A DNA stretch of 64,000 nt. Origin: Cyanobacteriota bacterium (GTDB taxonomy: Bacteria; Acidobacteriota; Vicinamibacteria; Vicinamibacterales; UBA2999). Under the pieces are notes generated by a model, which was not told the DNA's origin, ran no database searches, and worked only from the letters and a program-made list of their open reading frames with translations. A program made the position numbers and the translations under genes. How positions within the stretch are numbered: position 1 is the stretch's first letter; every line of letters starts with the position of its first letter. This document shows positions 42,720 to 54,669 of this stretch, piece by piece. The stretch covers positions 421,118 to 485,117 of the forward strand of contig JAIEMQ010000006.1 in NCBI GenBank assembly GCA_019752015.1, read 5' to 3'.

Positions 42720-44753
42720 ATGTGGAGAAAGCTGGCACTTGGTCTCGTTCTGGTATGTGCGCCGGTTCTGCTGAGTAGCCAATCAAACGCGGACAGCAAA
42801 TGGCCGGCCTACGGCGGCGATCTCGCCAACAGCCGGTACGCGCCGCTCGATCAGATCGACGCGGCCAACTTCAGCAAGCTGGAAGCCGCCTGGCGATTCA
42901 AGACCGATAACCTCGGCCCGCGTCCCGAATACAAATTCGAATCGACGCCGTTGATGGTCAACGGCCGCGTATTTACGACAGCCGGCACGCGTCGTGCGGT
43001 CGTGGCACTCGATGCGGCCACCGGCGAAATGCTGTGGATGCACAGCGAGCAGGAAGGCAAGAGAGGACAGGCGGCGCCTCGTCAACTGTCAGGACGCGGC
43101 GTCGCGTACTGGAGCGACCCTTCGACTTCGCTCAGGGCGGGCGGCGGCGATGAGCGCATCCTGTACGTAACGCCGGGGTATCGACTCGTCGCGCTCGATG
43201 CGCGCACGGGTCGGCTCGTGCCCGGCTTTGGCTCGAACGGCATCGTCGATCTGAAAAAGGATTTCGATCAACAGATCGATCCCGAGAGCGCACCGGTCGG
43301 GCTCCACGCCACGCCGCTCGTCGCCAAAGACGTTGTGATCGTCGGCGCGGCGTTCGATACCGGCGCGAATCCATCGAGCAAGACCAACGTCAAGGGCTAC
43401 ATCCGCGCGTTTGACGTGCGCACCGGCAAACGGCTCTGGATCTTTCACACCGTACCGCGGCCGGGAGAGTTCGGCTACGACACGTGGCTGGAAGATTCCG
43501 CGTCGTATACGGGCAACACCGGCGTGTGGGCGCAGATGTCGGCCGACGAGGAGCTCGGCCTCGCATACCTGCCGACCGAATTGCCGACCCACGACTATTA
43601 CGGTGGATTCCGGCCCGGCAACAATCTCTTCAGCGAGAGCATTGTCGCCGTCGATCTGCGGACTGGCGAGCGCAAGTGGCATTACCAGCTCGTGCATCAC
43701 GGCATCTGGGACATGGACATTCCCGCGCCGCCGATTCTTGCGGACATCACCGTCAACGGACGCACGGTCAAGGCGCTGGCGCAACCGACGAAGCAGGCAT
43801 TCCTCTACGTGCTCAATCGCGTGACGGGCGAGCCGATCTGGCCGATCGAAGAGCGCCCGGTGCCGAAAGGCGACACGCCGCGCGAGTGGTATTCGCCGAC
43901 GCAGCCGTTTCCGACGAAGCCGCCTGCCTACGACGGCCAGGGACTGAGCATCGGCGATCTGATCGATTTCACGCCGGAGCTTCGCGCCGAAGCGGTGAAG
44001 ATCGTGTCGCGCTACCGGCTCGGTCCGATCTTCACGCCGCCGTCGGTGAGCCGCGCCGAAGGTCCGATCGCGACGCTGACCATGGGCGCGCAGGCGGCAG
44101 CGACGAACTGGCCGGGAGCTTCGTACGATCCGGAGACGCACACCGTGTTTGTCGCGTCGCAAACCGCCGTGGCCACGCTTGGCTTGATGCCCGCTCCGCC
44201 GGGGCGATCCGATCTGCCGTACTTCCAGGGAACGATCCTGTCGGGCGCGCGATTGACCGGGGGCGCGGGCTCCGGGGCCGGCGCGCCGGCCACGCCGGGC
44301 GCGGCCGAACAGGCGAGCGCCGCCCTGAATGTGCAGGGACTGCCGATCATTAAGCCGCCGTACAGCCGCATTACCGCGATCGATCTCGATCGCGGAGAGT
44401 TTCGCTGGCAGGTGCCATTCGGCGCGACGCCGGACCTCATCCGCAATCACCCGGCATTGAAGGGTCTCAATCTTCCGCCGCTCGGCAGGCCCGGCAATAA
44501 CTCCGGCACGCTCGTGACGCGCACCTTGCTGGTGGCGGGCGAGAGCAATTTCGGTCCGACGCCCACGCGCGCGAGGGGCGCGATGCTGCGCGCGTTCGAC
44601 AAGTCCTCCGGCCGTGAAGTCGGCGCGGTCTATCTGCCGGCGCCGCAAAGCGGCTCGCCGATGACTTACATGCTTGGTGGCAGGCAGTACCTGGTGGTCG
44701 CGATCAGCGGCAGCGGTTACCCGGGCGAGCTCGTGGCCTTCAGGTTGCCCTGA
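42720..44753 (+). CDS. PQQ-dependent dehydrogenase (quinoprotein, 8-bladed propeller)
   Basis: The signal peptide is MWRKLALGLVLVCAPVLLSSQS. The domain reads WPAYGGDLANSRYAPLDQI...STPLMVNGRVFTTAG...ALDAATGEMLW...HHGIWDMD. Confidence 0.85.
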   Translation: MWRKLALGLVLVCAPVLLSSQSNADSKWPAYGGDLANSRYAPLDQIDAANFSKLEAAWRFKTDNLGPRPEYKFESTPLMVNGRVFTTAGTRRAVVALDAATGEMLWMHSEQEGKRGQAAPRQLSGRGVAYWSDPSTSLRAGGGDERILYVTPGYRLVALDARTGRLVPGFGSNGIVDLKKDFDQQIDPESAPVGLHATPLVAKDVVIVGAAFDTGANPSSKTNVKGYIRAFDVRTGKRLWIFHTVPRPGEFGYDTWLEDSASYTGNTGVWAQMSADEELGLAYLPTELPTHDYYGGFRPGNNLFSESIVAVDLRTGERKWHYQLVHHGIWDMDIPAPPILADITVNGRTVKALAQPTKQAFLYVLNRVTGEPIWPIEERPVPKGDTPREWYSPTQPFPTKPPAYDGQGLSIGDLIDFTPELRAEAVKIVSRYRLGPIFTPPSVSRAEGPIATLTMGAQAAATNWPGASYDPETHTVFVASQTAVATLGLMPAPPGRSDLPYFQGTILSGARLTGGAGSGAGAPATPGAAEQASAALNVQGLPIIKPPYSRITAIDLDRGEFRWQVPFGATPDLIRNHPALKGLNLPPLGRPGNNSGTLVTRTLLVAGESNFGPTPTRARGAMLRAFDKSSGREVGAVYLPAPQSGSPMTYMLGGRQYLVVAISGSGYPGELVAFRLP

Positions 44754-44791
44754 GTCGCTCGCGCGTCGCGAAGTAGAATCGCAACTGTCTA

Positions 44792-46279
44792 ATGAGGCAA
44801 CTCTTCCAGCGCAAACCGATCGCGGAGCTGCTTGTTGATGAAGCGGACTCGTCACGATCGCTGAAGCGCGTGCTCGGCGCCGGCGATCTGATCATGCTCG
44901 CGATCGGCGCGGTGATCGGCGCCGGCATTTTCGGCGCGATCGGCACCGCGGCGGCGGGGCAGGTCGGGCCGAATGGCGAAGTCATTCGCTATGCCGCCGG
45001 TCCGGCGCTGGTCTTCTCCTTCATCCTGCTCGGCGGTGCCTGCGCGCTCGCCGGCTTGTGCTACGCCGAGCTGGCATCGATGATTCCGCAGGCCGGCGGC
45101 GCGTATGCGTATTCATACGCGGCGCTCGGCGAGCTCGTGGCGTGGATCATCGGCTGGGACCTGATTCTCGAATATGCGATCGGCAACATTGCCGTCGCGA
45201 TCTCGTGGGGCGATTACTTCACGACGTTGCTGCGCAGCGTCGGCATCGATCTCCCGGTGTTCCTGACGACGGCGTATCGGACGGCGATGCTCAGCCCGAA
45301 CCCGGACGTGCATGGATTGCTCGAGACCGCGCCGCGGTTCCTGGGCATGCCGGTGCTGTTGAATGTGCCGGCGTTTGCCATCGTGATGTTCGTGACCTGG
45401 CTGCTGCTGCGCGGCGCGAAAGAAAGTGCGCGGGCCAACGCCGTGATGGTCGTGGTGAAGCTCGCCGTGCTGGCGCTGTTCATCGGCGTCGGCATGGCGA
45501 ACATCAATCCGGCGAATTACACGCCGTTTGCGCCTGGCGGCTTTACCGGGATTCACCAGGGAGCGGCGATTGTGTTTTTCGCCTACATCGGCTTCGATGC
45601 GATCTCGACGGCCGCCGAAGAAACCTACAACCCTAAACGCAACCTCCCGCGTGGTATTCTCGGCGGCCTCGCCATCTGCACGCTGATCTACGTGATCGTC
45701 GGCGCTGTCATCACCGGCATGGTGCCGTACACCGAGTTGGGCGTCGCCGATCCGCTGGCGCGCGCGCTCGAGCTGATCGGTTACACGCGAGTCGGCGCCA
45801 TTGTCGCGTTCGGCGCCACGGTGTCGATGGCGGCGGTGCTGCTGGTCTTCCAATACGGCCAGCCGCGCATCTTCTTCGCCATGGCGCGCGACGGCCTGAT
45901 GCCGGAATGGGTGGCCCGCGTTGATCCGAAGACGCGCGTTCCATACCGGGCGACGTTGTGGATTGGCGTGATCGTGGCGGCGGCCTCGATGCTCGGTGAT
46001 GCGGGTGAGACCTATAACCTGACCAACATCGGGACCCTGTTCGCGTTCGCGCTGGTGTGTGCGGGCGTCATGGCGTTGCGGATTATGGAGCCAGACCGTG
46101 AGCGGCCCTTCAAGGTGCCGTCTGTCTGGATAATTGCTCCGCTTGGCGTCGCGGCCTGCGCGTTCATCATGAAAGGCCTGCCGCGGGAGACCTGGATCCT
46201 GTTTGGCTGGTGGCTCCTGATCGGGATGACGATTTACCTCGGTTACGGTTACCGGCACAGCAAGCTTCGCCGACCGTAG
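44792..46279 (+). CDS. APC-superfamily amino-acid permease
   Basis: The N-terminal signature is LKRVLGAGDLIMLAIGAVIGAGIFG. There are ~12 TM segments. Also present is FFAYIGFDAISTAAEE. Confidence 0.9.
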   Translation: MRQLFQRKPIAELLVDEADSSRSLKRVLGAGDLIMLAIGAVIGAGIFGAIGTAAAGQVGPNGEVIRYAAGPALVFSFILLGGACALAGLCYAELASMIPQAGGAYAYSYAALGELVAWIIGWDLILEYAIGNIAVAISWGDYFTTLLRSVGIDLPVFLTTAYRTAMLSPNPDVHGLLETAPRFLGMPVLLNVPAFAIVMFVTWLLLRGAKESARANAVMVVVKLAVLALFIGVGMANINPANYTPFAPGGFTGIHQGAAIVFFAYIGFDAISTAAEETYNPKRNLPRGILGGLAICTLIYVIVGAVITGMVPYTELGVADPLARALELIGYTRVGAIVAFGATVSMAAVLLVFQYGQPRIFFAMARDGLMPEWVARVDPKTRVPYRATLWIGVIVAAASMLGDAGETYNLTNIGTLFAFALVCAGVMALRIMEPDRERPFKVPSVWIIAPLGVAACAFIMKGLPRETWILFGWWLLIGMTIYLGYGYRHSKLRRP

Positions 46280-46432
46280 TCAGATTCTGCGCTTTGTAAC
46301 GAAGACTGACATCGCACCCCCGGAAAACGATTCAGATCCTGCATTGGGCGCTCGCCCCAGGATCGAAGAAAGCTCCAGCCGCGTTACAATAGGGGATTGC
46401 AGATCCCGGCGTGGGTCTCGCAGTAACACCCA

Positions 46433-49267
<2,835 letters not shown>

Positions 49268-49548
49268 AACTGTTGCCTAAGTGAAACTTATAAAACTGGT
49301 GCCTGGCACCAACTTGAGCGTTGAAATTGGTGCCAGGTGCCGATTTCAACGTGCGGTAACCAACGACGACCGTGCGGTAAAAATGCCACGGTTCGGGCCT
49401 TTGCCTCTGTGGCTGCCCAAACACAACCGATACTCAACCGACCGCAGCTGTTTCTTGTAAGTGTTGCAGCGTAGGCACTTAACACGTTTGACCCGATCGA
49501 TGATTACGGGCATCGACTTTGCTTCAGCCTAGGGCACACGCCAAGTCG

Positions 49549-50454
49549 ATGGATTCTCAACGGACTCTCAAACGTCAGATCTCGTGCGCGGGCATCGGGC
49601 TGCACTCCGGCCACAAGGTGACGCTCACCCTCAAGCCCGCGGCCGCGGACACCGGCATCCGGTTCCGCCGCACCGACCTCGGCGTCGAGATTCCCGCGTC
49701 GGTCCAGGAAGTATCGAGCGTGCAGCACGCGACCGTGCTCGGCAAGTCGGGCGCGACTGTTGAGACCGTCGAGCACCTGCTCGCCGCGCTGGTCTCGGCC
49801 GGCGTCGACAACGTCGTCGTCGAGCTCAATCATCGCGAAGTGCCGATCATGGACGGCAGCAGCGCGCCGTTCCTGTATCTGCTGCAGGAAGCGGGCATCA
49901 AGAAGCTCGCGGCCAACCGCAAATATCTCAAGATCCTGAAGCCGGTGCAGATTGCGACGGGCGACAAGCGCATCGCGATCTATCCCTCGGATCACTTCAA
50001 GGTCAGCTACACCATCAGCTTCGATCATCCGCTGCTGCGGCACCAGTCGCGCACGGAGCGCATCACCGAAACGTCCTTCGCGGATCACATTGCCGGCGCG
50101 CGCACCTTCGGCTTCCTGAAGGAAGTGGAATGGCTGCGCCAGAACGGCCTCGCGCTCGGCGGCTCGCTCGAGAACGCGATCGTGATCGGCGACACCAGCG
50201 TGCTGAACGCGCTGCGTTTCGAAGACGAATTCGTCCGCCACAAGATTCTCGATGTGGTCGGCGACCTGGCGCTGGTCGGCTATCCGATCGTCGGCCACGT
50301 CGTCGCGCACCGCGCCGGCCATGCGTTGCACACGCAGCTGGCGTCGGAGATTCTCGCGGACCAGGACGCGTGGTGCCTCGTCGAGGCGCCGGCGGCGGTG
50401 CCCGAAGCGGCGTTCGATGCCGTGGGCGTGGCGGGGACCGCACGCGCGCACTAG
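49549..50454 (+). CDS. lpxC: UDP-3-O-acyl-N-acetylglucosamine deacetylase
   Basis: The sequence reads RTLKRQISCAGIGLHSGHKVTLTLKPA...GIRFRR...TVEHLLAAL...DNVVVELNHREVPIMDGSSAPF...HKILDVVGDLAL. ATG at 49549 is preferred over TTG at 49519. Confidence 0.95.
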   Translation: MDSQRTLKRQISCAGIGLHSGHKVTLTLKPAAADTGIRFRRTDLGVEIPASVQEVSSVQHATVLGKSGATVETVEHLLAALVSAGVDNVVVELNHREVPIMDGSSAPFLYLLQEAGIKKLAANRKYLKILKPVQIATGDKRIAIYPSDHFKVSYTISFDHPLLRHQSRTERITETSFADHIAGARTFGFLKEVEWLRQNGLALGGSLENAIVIGDTSVLNALRFEDEFVRHKILDVVGDLALVGYPIVGHVVAHRAGHALHTQLASEILADQDAWCLVEAPAAVPEAAFDAVGVAGTARAH

Positions 50455-50460
50455 ATCCCG

Positions 50461-50492
50461 AGATCAACAGATCAACAGATCAACAGATCAAC
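50461..50492. repeat. (AGATCAAC)x4 octanucleotide tandem repeat
   Basis: I read it directly. A degenerate unit, agatcccg (50453-50460), overlaps the last two bases (AG) of the lpxC TAG stop at 50452-50454. Confidence 0.95.
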
Positions 50493-50527
50493 CGATTCTT
50501 TCTCCTCACCTCCAACGTGAACGCATA

Positions 50528-50555
50528 GGGCCGCGGCCGACGCGGTCCTTTTTTT
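50528..50555 (+). terminator. Rho-independent terminator downstream of lpxC
   Basis: GGGCCGCG-gccga-CGCGGTCC forms an 8-bp stem with one G-U pair. It is followed by TTTTTTT (50549-50555). Confidence 0.8.
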
Positions 50556-50580
50556 GTACCGCGGATCTATCATGTGCTCC

Positions 50581-52704
50581 ATGAAGCAGCCCCTGTACGC
50601 CGCTGTTCTCATCGCGTGCCTCGTTGCGCCTGGCCTCGCGGTGGATTCGCCGCGCGGCAGCCTGACCATCGAACGCATCTCGCGGATCAAGTATCCGTCC
50701 GCCCCGGCGTGGTCGCCGGACGGCAGGCAGATCGCGTTCTTGTGGGATTCATGGGGCAAGCAGGATCTCTACGTCGTCACGCCAGGCCAGCAGCCAATCG
50801 CGCTGACCGATTTTCCAGTCGATCCCGATATCCTGACCTCCGATATCAATTCGTTCACATGGGTGTCTGCAAACGAGATCCTGTTCTCACGGGACGGCGG
50901 GCTCTGGACCGTGGCACCCGTCCCCGGCGCGAAGCCGTCGCGTTATGGCGGCGGGCTCGGCGATGCCGGCACCTTCACGCTGTCGCGCGATCGCAAACTG
51001 ATCGCGTTCACGCGCGGGGGGCAGTTGTGGGCGGCGTCGTTGAAGGACAAGACGCAGCGGCCGGTGACCGGCATTGCGCCGATGACCGCCCGCAATCCGG
51101 TGTTCTCCTTCGACAGCGAGTGGCTCGCGTTCATTTCAACCGGCACCGGCCTGCCCGCGGATCCGGGACTGCTGCCGTTCAACGGCGACATGACCCGCAT
51201 CATCGGCAACAGCAACGGCGTGGTGGCCGGCGGCGCCGTCGATCGGAGACTTGGCGTGGTGTCCGCGTTCGGCGGCGACATCACCTGGATCCCCGTCGCC
51301 GGCAATCCGTCAGCCGTGCAATTCACCGCGGATGGCTCGCTGCTGTGGGCCGAAGGCTCGGCCACCGGCAAGACGCGCGAGATCAAGACGTGGCGCGCCG
51401 GGGTGACACGGACGCTGTGGAAGGATACCGACGAGCGCTGGTTCTCGCCGACGGGCCGCGATTCGAAAGTGCTGGTGTCGCCGGATGGCAAGTCCGTCGC
51501 GTTCATCAGCGATCGCAGCGGCTGGATTCACATTTACGTGATGCCGGTGGACGCGACGAGCGAGGCGCAAGCCAGGCAGCTCACGTCGGGCGGTTTTCTC
51601 GCGGGACTTGGCAGCTGGTCGGCCGACAGTGCGCGCATTGCCTACCATCGCAGTGAGGCCGGCAATCAATACGAACGCTTCATCAACGTGGTTGACGTCC
51701 GCAGCGGCCTCCACCAGCCCGTCGTGACGACGCGCGGTGTCAATTACGACCCGTCATTCTCGCCCGACGGTTCGCAGCTCGTCTTCCATCGCACCGACAT
51801 CGAGAACTCACTCGACCTCTACACCGCGGCCGTTCGCACGAACGCGACGCCGGTGCGGTTGAGTTACTCGATGCCGGCGGAAATCAGCAGCACGGACTTC
51901 TCACCCGTCACGGCGGTGTCGTTCCCGAGCCGTCTGGACAAGAAGCCGGTGCCCGGCACGCTGATGGTGTCGAAGACGATCGATCGCACGAAGAAGAATC
52001 CCGCGCTCGTGTGGATCCACGGCTCGGGATCGGATCAGAATTTCCTCGGCTGGCATCCTGGCAGCTATCGCATGTATTACTCGCTCTGCCAGTACCTCGC
52101 GCAGCAGGGCTACGTGATTCTCACTCCTGACTATCGCGGCAGCTCCGGCTTCAGTCGCGACTGGTCCACCGGCGTGCACATGGGCCTCGGCGTCAACGAC
52201 ACCGCCGATGTCGCGGCCGGCGCCGACTACCTGAAGACGCTCGATTACGTCGATGCGAATCGCATCGGCGTGTTCGGATTGAGCTACGGCGGATTCCTGA
52301 CGCTGCAGGCGATGAACACCGATCCGACGTTGTGGCGCGCCGGCGTGAATGTCGCCGGCGTCGTCGACTGGGCGACCTACGGCGCGGGCTATACGACGCC
52401 TCGACTCGGCACGCCGGTGCAGAATCCGGAGATCTACAAAATCTCAGCGCCGATTCTGCACATGGAAAAACTCGAACGGCCGCTGTTGATCCTGCACGGC
52501 ACCAACGATCGCAACGTGTCGTTCGCCGATTCGCTGCGGTTGTTCGACGCGCTCATCAAGCTCGGCAAGCCGTTCGAGTCGCAGATCTATCCGGGCGAGA
52601 TCCACTTCTTCCGCCGCGACATCGTGCTGCGCGACGCCTGGCGCCGCATCGAGGAGTTTTTTGACCGGACGGTGAAGAACGGCCCCGTCATGACGAGCCA
52701 GTAG
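50581..52704 (+). CDS. S9-family serine peptidase (beta-propeller plus alpha/beta hydrolase)
   Basis: The signal peptide is MKQPLYAAVLIACLVAPGLA. TolB/DPP-like propeller repeats are present (SPDGRQIAF, SPDGKSVAF, SPDGSQLVF). The nucleophile is GLSYGG, followed by LILHGTNDRNV and GEIHFF. Confidence 0.9.
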   Translation: MKQPLYAAVLIACLVAPGLAVDSPRGSLTIERISRIKYPSAPAWSPDGRQIAFLWDSWGKQDLYVVTPGQQPIALTDFPVDPDILTSDINSFTWVSANEILFSRDGGLWTVAPVPGAKPSRYGGGLGDAGTFTLSRDRKLIAFTRGGQLWAASLKDKTQRPVTGIAPMTARNPVFSFDSEWLAFISTGTGLPADPGLLPFNGDMTRIIGNSNGVVAGGAVDRRLGVVSAFGGDITWIPVAGNPSAVQFTADGSLLWAEGSATGKTREIKTWRAGVTRTLWKDTDERWFSPTGRDSKVLVSPDGKSVAFISDRSGWIHIYVMPVDATSEAQARQLTSGGFLAGLGSWSADSARIAYHRSEAGNQYERFINVVDVRSGLHQPVVTTRGVNYDPSFSPDGSQLVFHRTDIENSLDLYTAAVRTNATPVRLSYSMPAEISSTDFSPVTAVSFPSRLDKKPVPGTLMVSKTIDRTKKNPALVWIHGSGSDQNFLGWHPGSYRMYYSLCQYLAQQGYVILTPDYRGSSGFSRDWSTGVHMGLGVNDTADVAAGADYLKTLDYVDANRIGVFGLSYGGFLTLQAMNTDPTLWRAGVNVAGVVDWATYGAGYTTPRLGTPVQNPEIYKISAPILHMEKLERPLLILHGTNDRNVSFADSLRLFDALIKLGKPFESQIYPGEIHFFRRDIVLRDAWRRIEEFFDRTVKNGPVMTSQ

Positions 52705-53867
52705 TGCCGCCGCGCCACATCGCGTTTCTGGTCACGCGAGCGGCGCTCGTCGTGACCGGCTTCGTCGCGCTCTCGCTGTTTCCCGTGCACCCGGTGGAGT
52801 CCTGGCAGGGCCTGGCCTTTCCCGGCAGCAACTGGATCGACGGATGGGTGCGATGGGACTCGTTCTGGTACGAATCCATCGTGGACGCGCATCCGCGATT
52901 CGTTCCCGGGCATCTCTCCAACGCAAACTTTTTTCCGTTCTATTCGTGGGTGGCGTGGGTGGTGGCATGGCCGCTGCGCGCGTTCCTCGATCTCGAGCAC
53001 GCCTTCTTCATCGGCGCGCTGATTGTGTCGTCGGTGTCGTTCGTGCTCGCGCTGACCGCCGTCGATCGGATCGCGACGAACATTGCCGGACGGGAGGTCG
53101 CGGCGCGGACGGTGTGGTTGATCGCCGTGTTTCCGTTCTCGTTCTTCCTCACCGCCGTCTACGCGGACGCGCTGTATTTCTGTCTGTGTGCGTGGTCGCT
53201 GGCACTCGCGCTCGAGCGGCGCTGGTACCTGGCCTGCGCGCTCGCGGCCATGGCGGCGATGACGCGCATTCCCGGCGTCGCGTTGTTTCCAGCGCTCGGC
53301 CTGGAGTACCTGCGGCAGCGGGAGTGGAAATTGAAGATCAGCCGCGAGGCGATCATCTGCGCCGCCATCCTGGCACTCGGGCCGATCGTGATCGGCTCGT
53401 ACTACGAATGGCGCTACGACAACCCGCTCGAGTTCGTGCGCGCGCGCCAGGAGTTGTGGAATCGCGCATCGGGCAGTGCCGGATACGTTCGCGACTACAA
53501 CTATTTCTTCCAGCCGCCGATCTTCGGATGCAGCGGCGTTGCTGAATGCGTCAAGGACTTTGCGCCGACGCGCGCGCTGCTCGGTGTCACCTACCTGGCG
53601 TTGTTGCCGCTGACGATCGTGATCACGATCGTGACCGCGCGCACGCTCGGCGTCGCCCTCGTCGCATGGACGCTGCTGTCGATCGTGATGGCACTCCCGA
53701 ACGGCTTCGATGGCATCGGCCGCTTTACTGCGGTGTTGTTTCCGGTGTTCATCGCGCTGGCGATGCGGCTCGGCGATCGCCGGGTATTCGGCATCGTCTG
53801 TATCGCCTGTGTGCCGTTCCTGCTGCTGTTCTTCGCTCAGTTCGCGCGCTGGCGCCAGGTGCTGTAG
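52704..53867 (+). CDS. Polytopic membrane glycosyltransferase, PIG-V/mannosyltransferase-like (GT-C)
   Basis: The GTG shares one base (G at 52704) with the upstream TAG stop at 52702-52704. The first loop motif is WVRWDSFWYESI. There are ~9 TM segments. Confidence 0.55.
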   Translation: MPPRHIAFLVTRAALVVTGFVALSLFPVHPVESWQGLAFPGSNWIDGWVRWDSFWYESIVDAHPRFVPGHLSNANFFPFYSWVAWVVAWPLRAFLDLEHAFFIGALIVSSVSFVLALTAVDRIATNIAGREVAARTVWLIAVFPFSFFLTAVYADALYFCLCAWSLALALERRWYLACALAAMAAMTRIPGVALFPALGLEYLRQREWKLKISREAIICAAILALGPIVIGSYYEWRYDNPLEFVRARQELWNRASGSAGYVRDYNYFFQPPIFGCSGVAECVKDFAPTRALLGVTYLALLPLTIVITIVTARTLGVALVAWTLLSIVMALPNGFDGIGRFTAVLFPVFIALAMRLGDRRVFGIVCIACVPFLLLFFAQFARWRQVL

Positions 53868-54640
53868 GCCAGATGCTTGTCGGCGGGGTAGCGGGGTGAC
53901 TTGAAGAGCCCCCACTTCGCGAGCCGGAATTGCGCGGCCGTGTTCAGGCAGCCGAACCCATACTTCACGCTGCGCGAAAAGTTGATCGACGAGGCGTCCG
54001 GCGCGTAACTCGTCGGGCACGACACTTCGCCAATCTGGAAGCCGAGCCACACCGTCTCCGCCAGGATCTGGTTGTCGAACACGAAGTCATCCGAATTCGC
54101 CTGCAGCGGCAGCGCCTGCAGCAGGTCGCGCGAAAACGCGCGATAGCCGGTGTGAAACTCCGAGACCTTCGTGCCGAGCAGGACGTTGCCGAACAGGGTC
54201 AGGAACCGGTTGGCGACATACCGCCACAGCGGCATGCCGCCCATCAGCGCGCCGCCGCCCAGGATGCGCGATCCGAGCACGCATGCATACAAGCCGCTCC
54301 CGACCATGCTCACCATCGCCGGGATCAACTTCGGGGTGTATTGGTAGTCCGGATGCACCATGACGACGATGTCGGCGTCGTGCTCGAGCGCGAGCTGATA
54401 GCACGTCTTCTGGTTGCCGCCGTAGCCGCGATTCTTCGGGTGGCGATGCGCGATCACGCGATCCAGGCCCTGGGCCAGCGTCATCGTCTGGTCCCGGCTT
54501 GCATCGTCGACGACAATCACCAGGTCGACGACGTCGTGCGAGACCACTTCGCGCCACGTCTTCTCAATCGTGTGCTGTGCGTTATAGGCGGGCATCACGA
54601 CGACGACCTTTTGCTTACTGATTGGCTTCTTGGTGGGCAT
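53837..54640 (-). CDS. GT2 glycosyltransferase, polyprenyl-phosphate sugar synthase type
   Basis: ATG at 54640. The sequence reads VVVVMPAYNAQHTIEKT...VIVVDDASRDQT...HPKNRGYGGNQKTCY...DADIVVMVHPDYQYTP. Confidence 0.85.
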   Translation of the reverse strand: MPTKKPISKQKVVVVMPAYNAQHTIEKTWREVVSHDVVDLVIVVDDASRDQTMTLAQGLDRVIAHRHPKNRGYGGNQKTCYQLALEHDADIVVMVHPDYQYTPKLIPAMVSMVGSGLYACVLGSRILGGGALMGGMPLWRYVANRFLTLFGNVLLGTKVSEFHTGYRAFSRDLLQALPLQANSDDFVFDNQILAETVWLGFQIGEVSCPTSYAPDASSINFSRSVKYGFGCLNTAAQFRLAKWGLFKSPRYPADKHLAYSTWRQRAN

Positions 54641-54669
54641 CCGTTGTACGGACTCTATAATAGGCCGCG

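Noticed and set aside
46280-46432. The uvrA upstream region scanned for an SOS (LexA) box. It contains TACAAT and the inverted repeat GATCCTG-N17-CAGGATC.
   Set aside because: I see no match to any LexA consensus I know (CTGT-N8-ACAG, GAAC-N4-GTTC, GTTC-N7-GTTC). The inverted repeat is short and widely spaced.
49304-49320. TGGCAC-caact-TGAGC as a sigma54 promoter upstream of lpxC. The same question arises for TGGCAC at 40331-40336 and for AGGCAC-N-TTGCT on the minus strand at 29333-29350.
   Set aside because: In each case the GG-to-GC spacing is one nucleotide too long or too short, or the -12 GC is missing. Sigma54 promoters tolerate little spacing variation.
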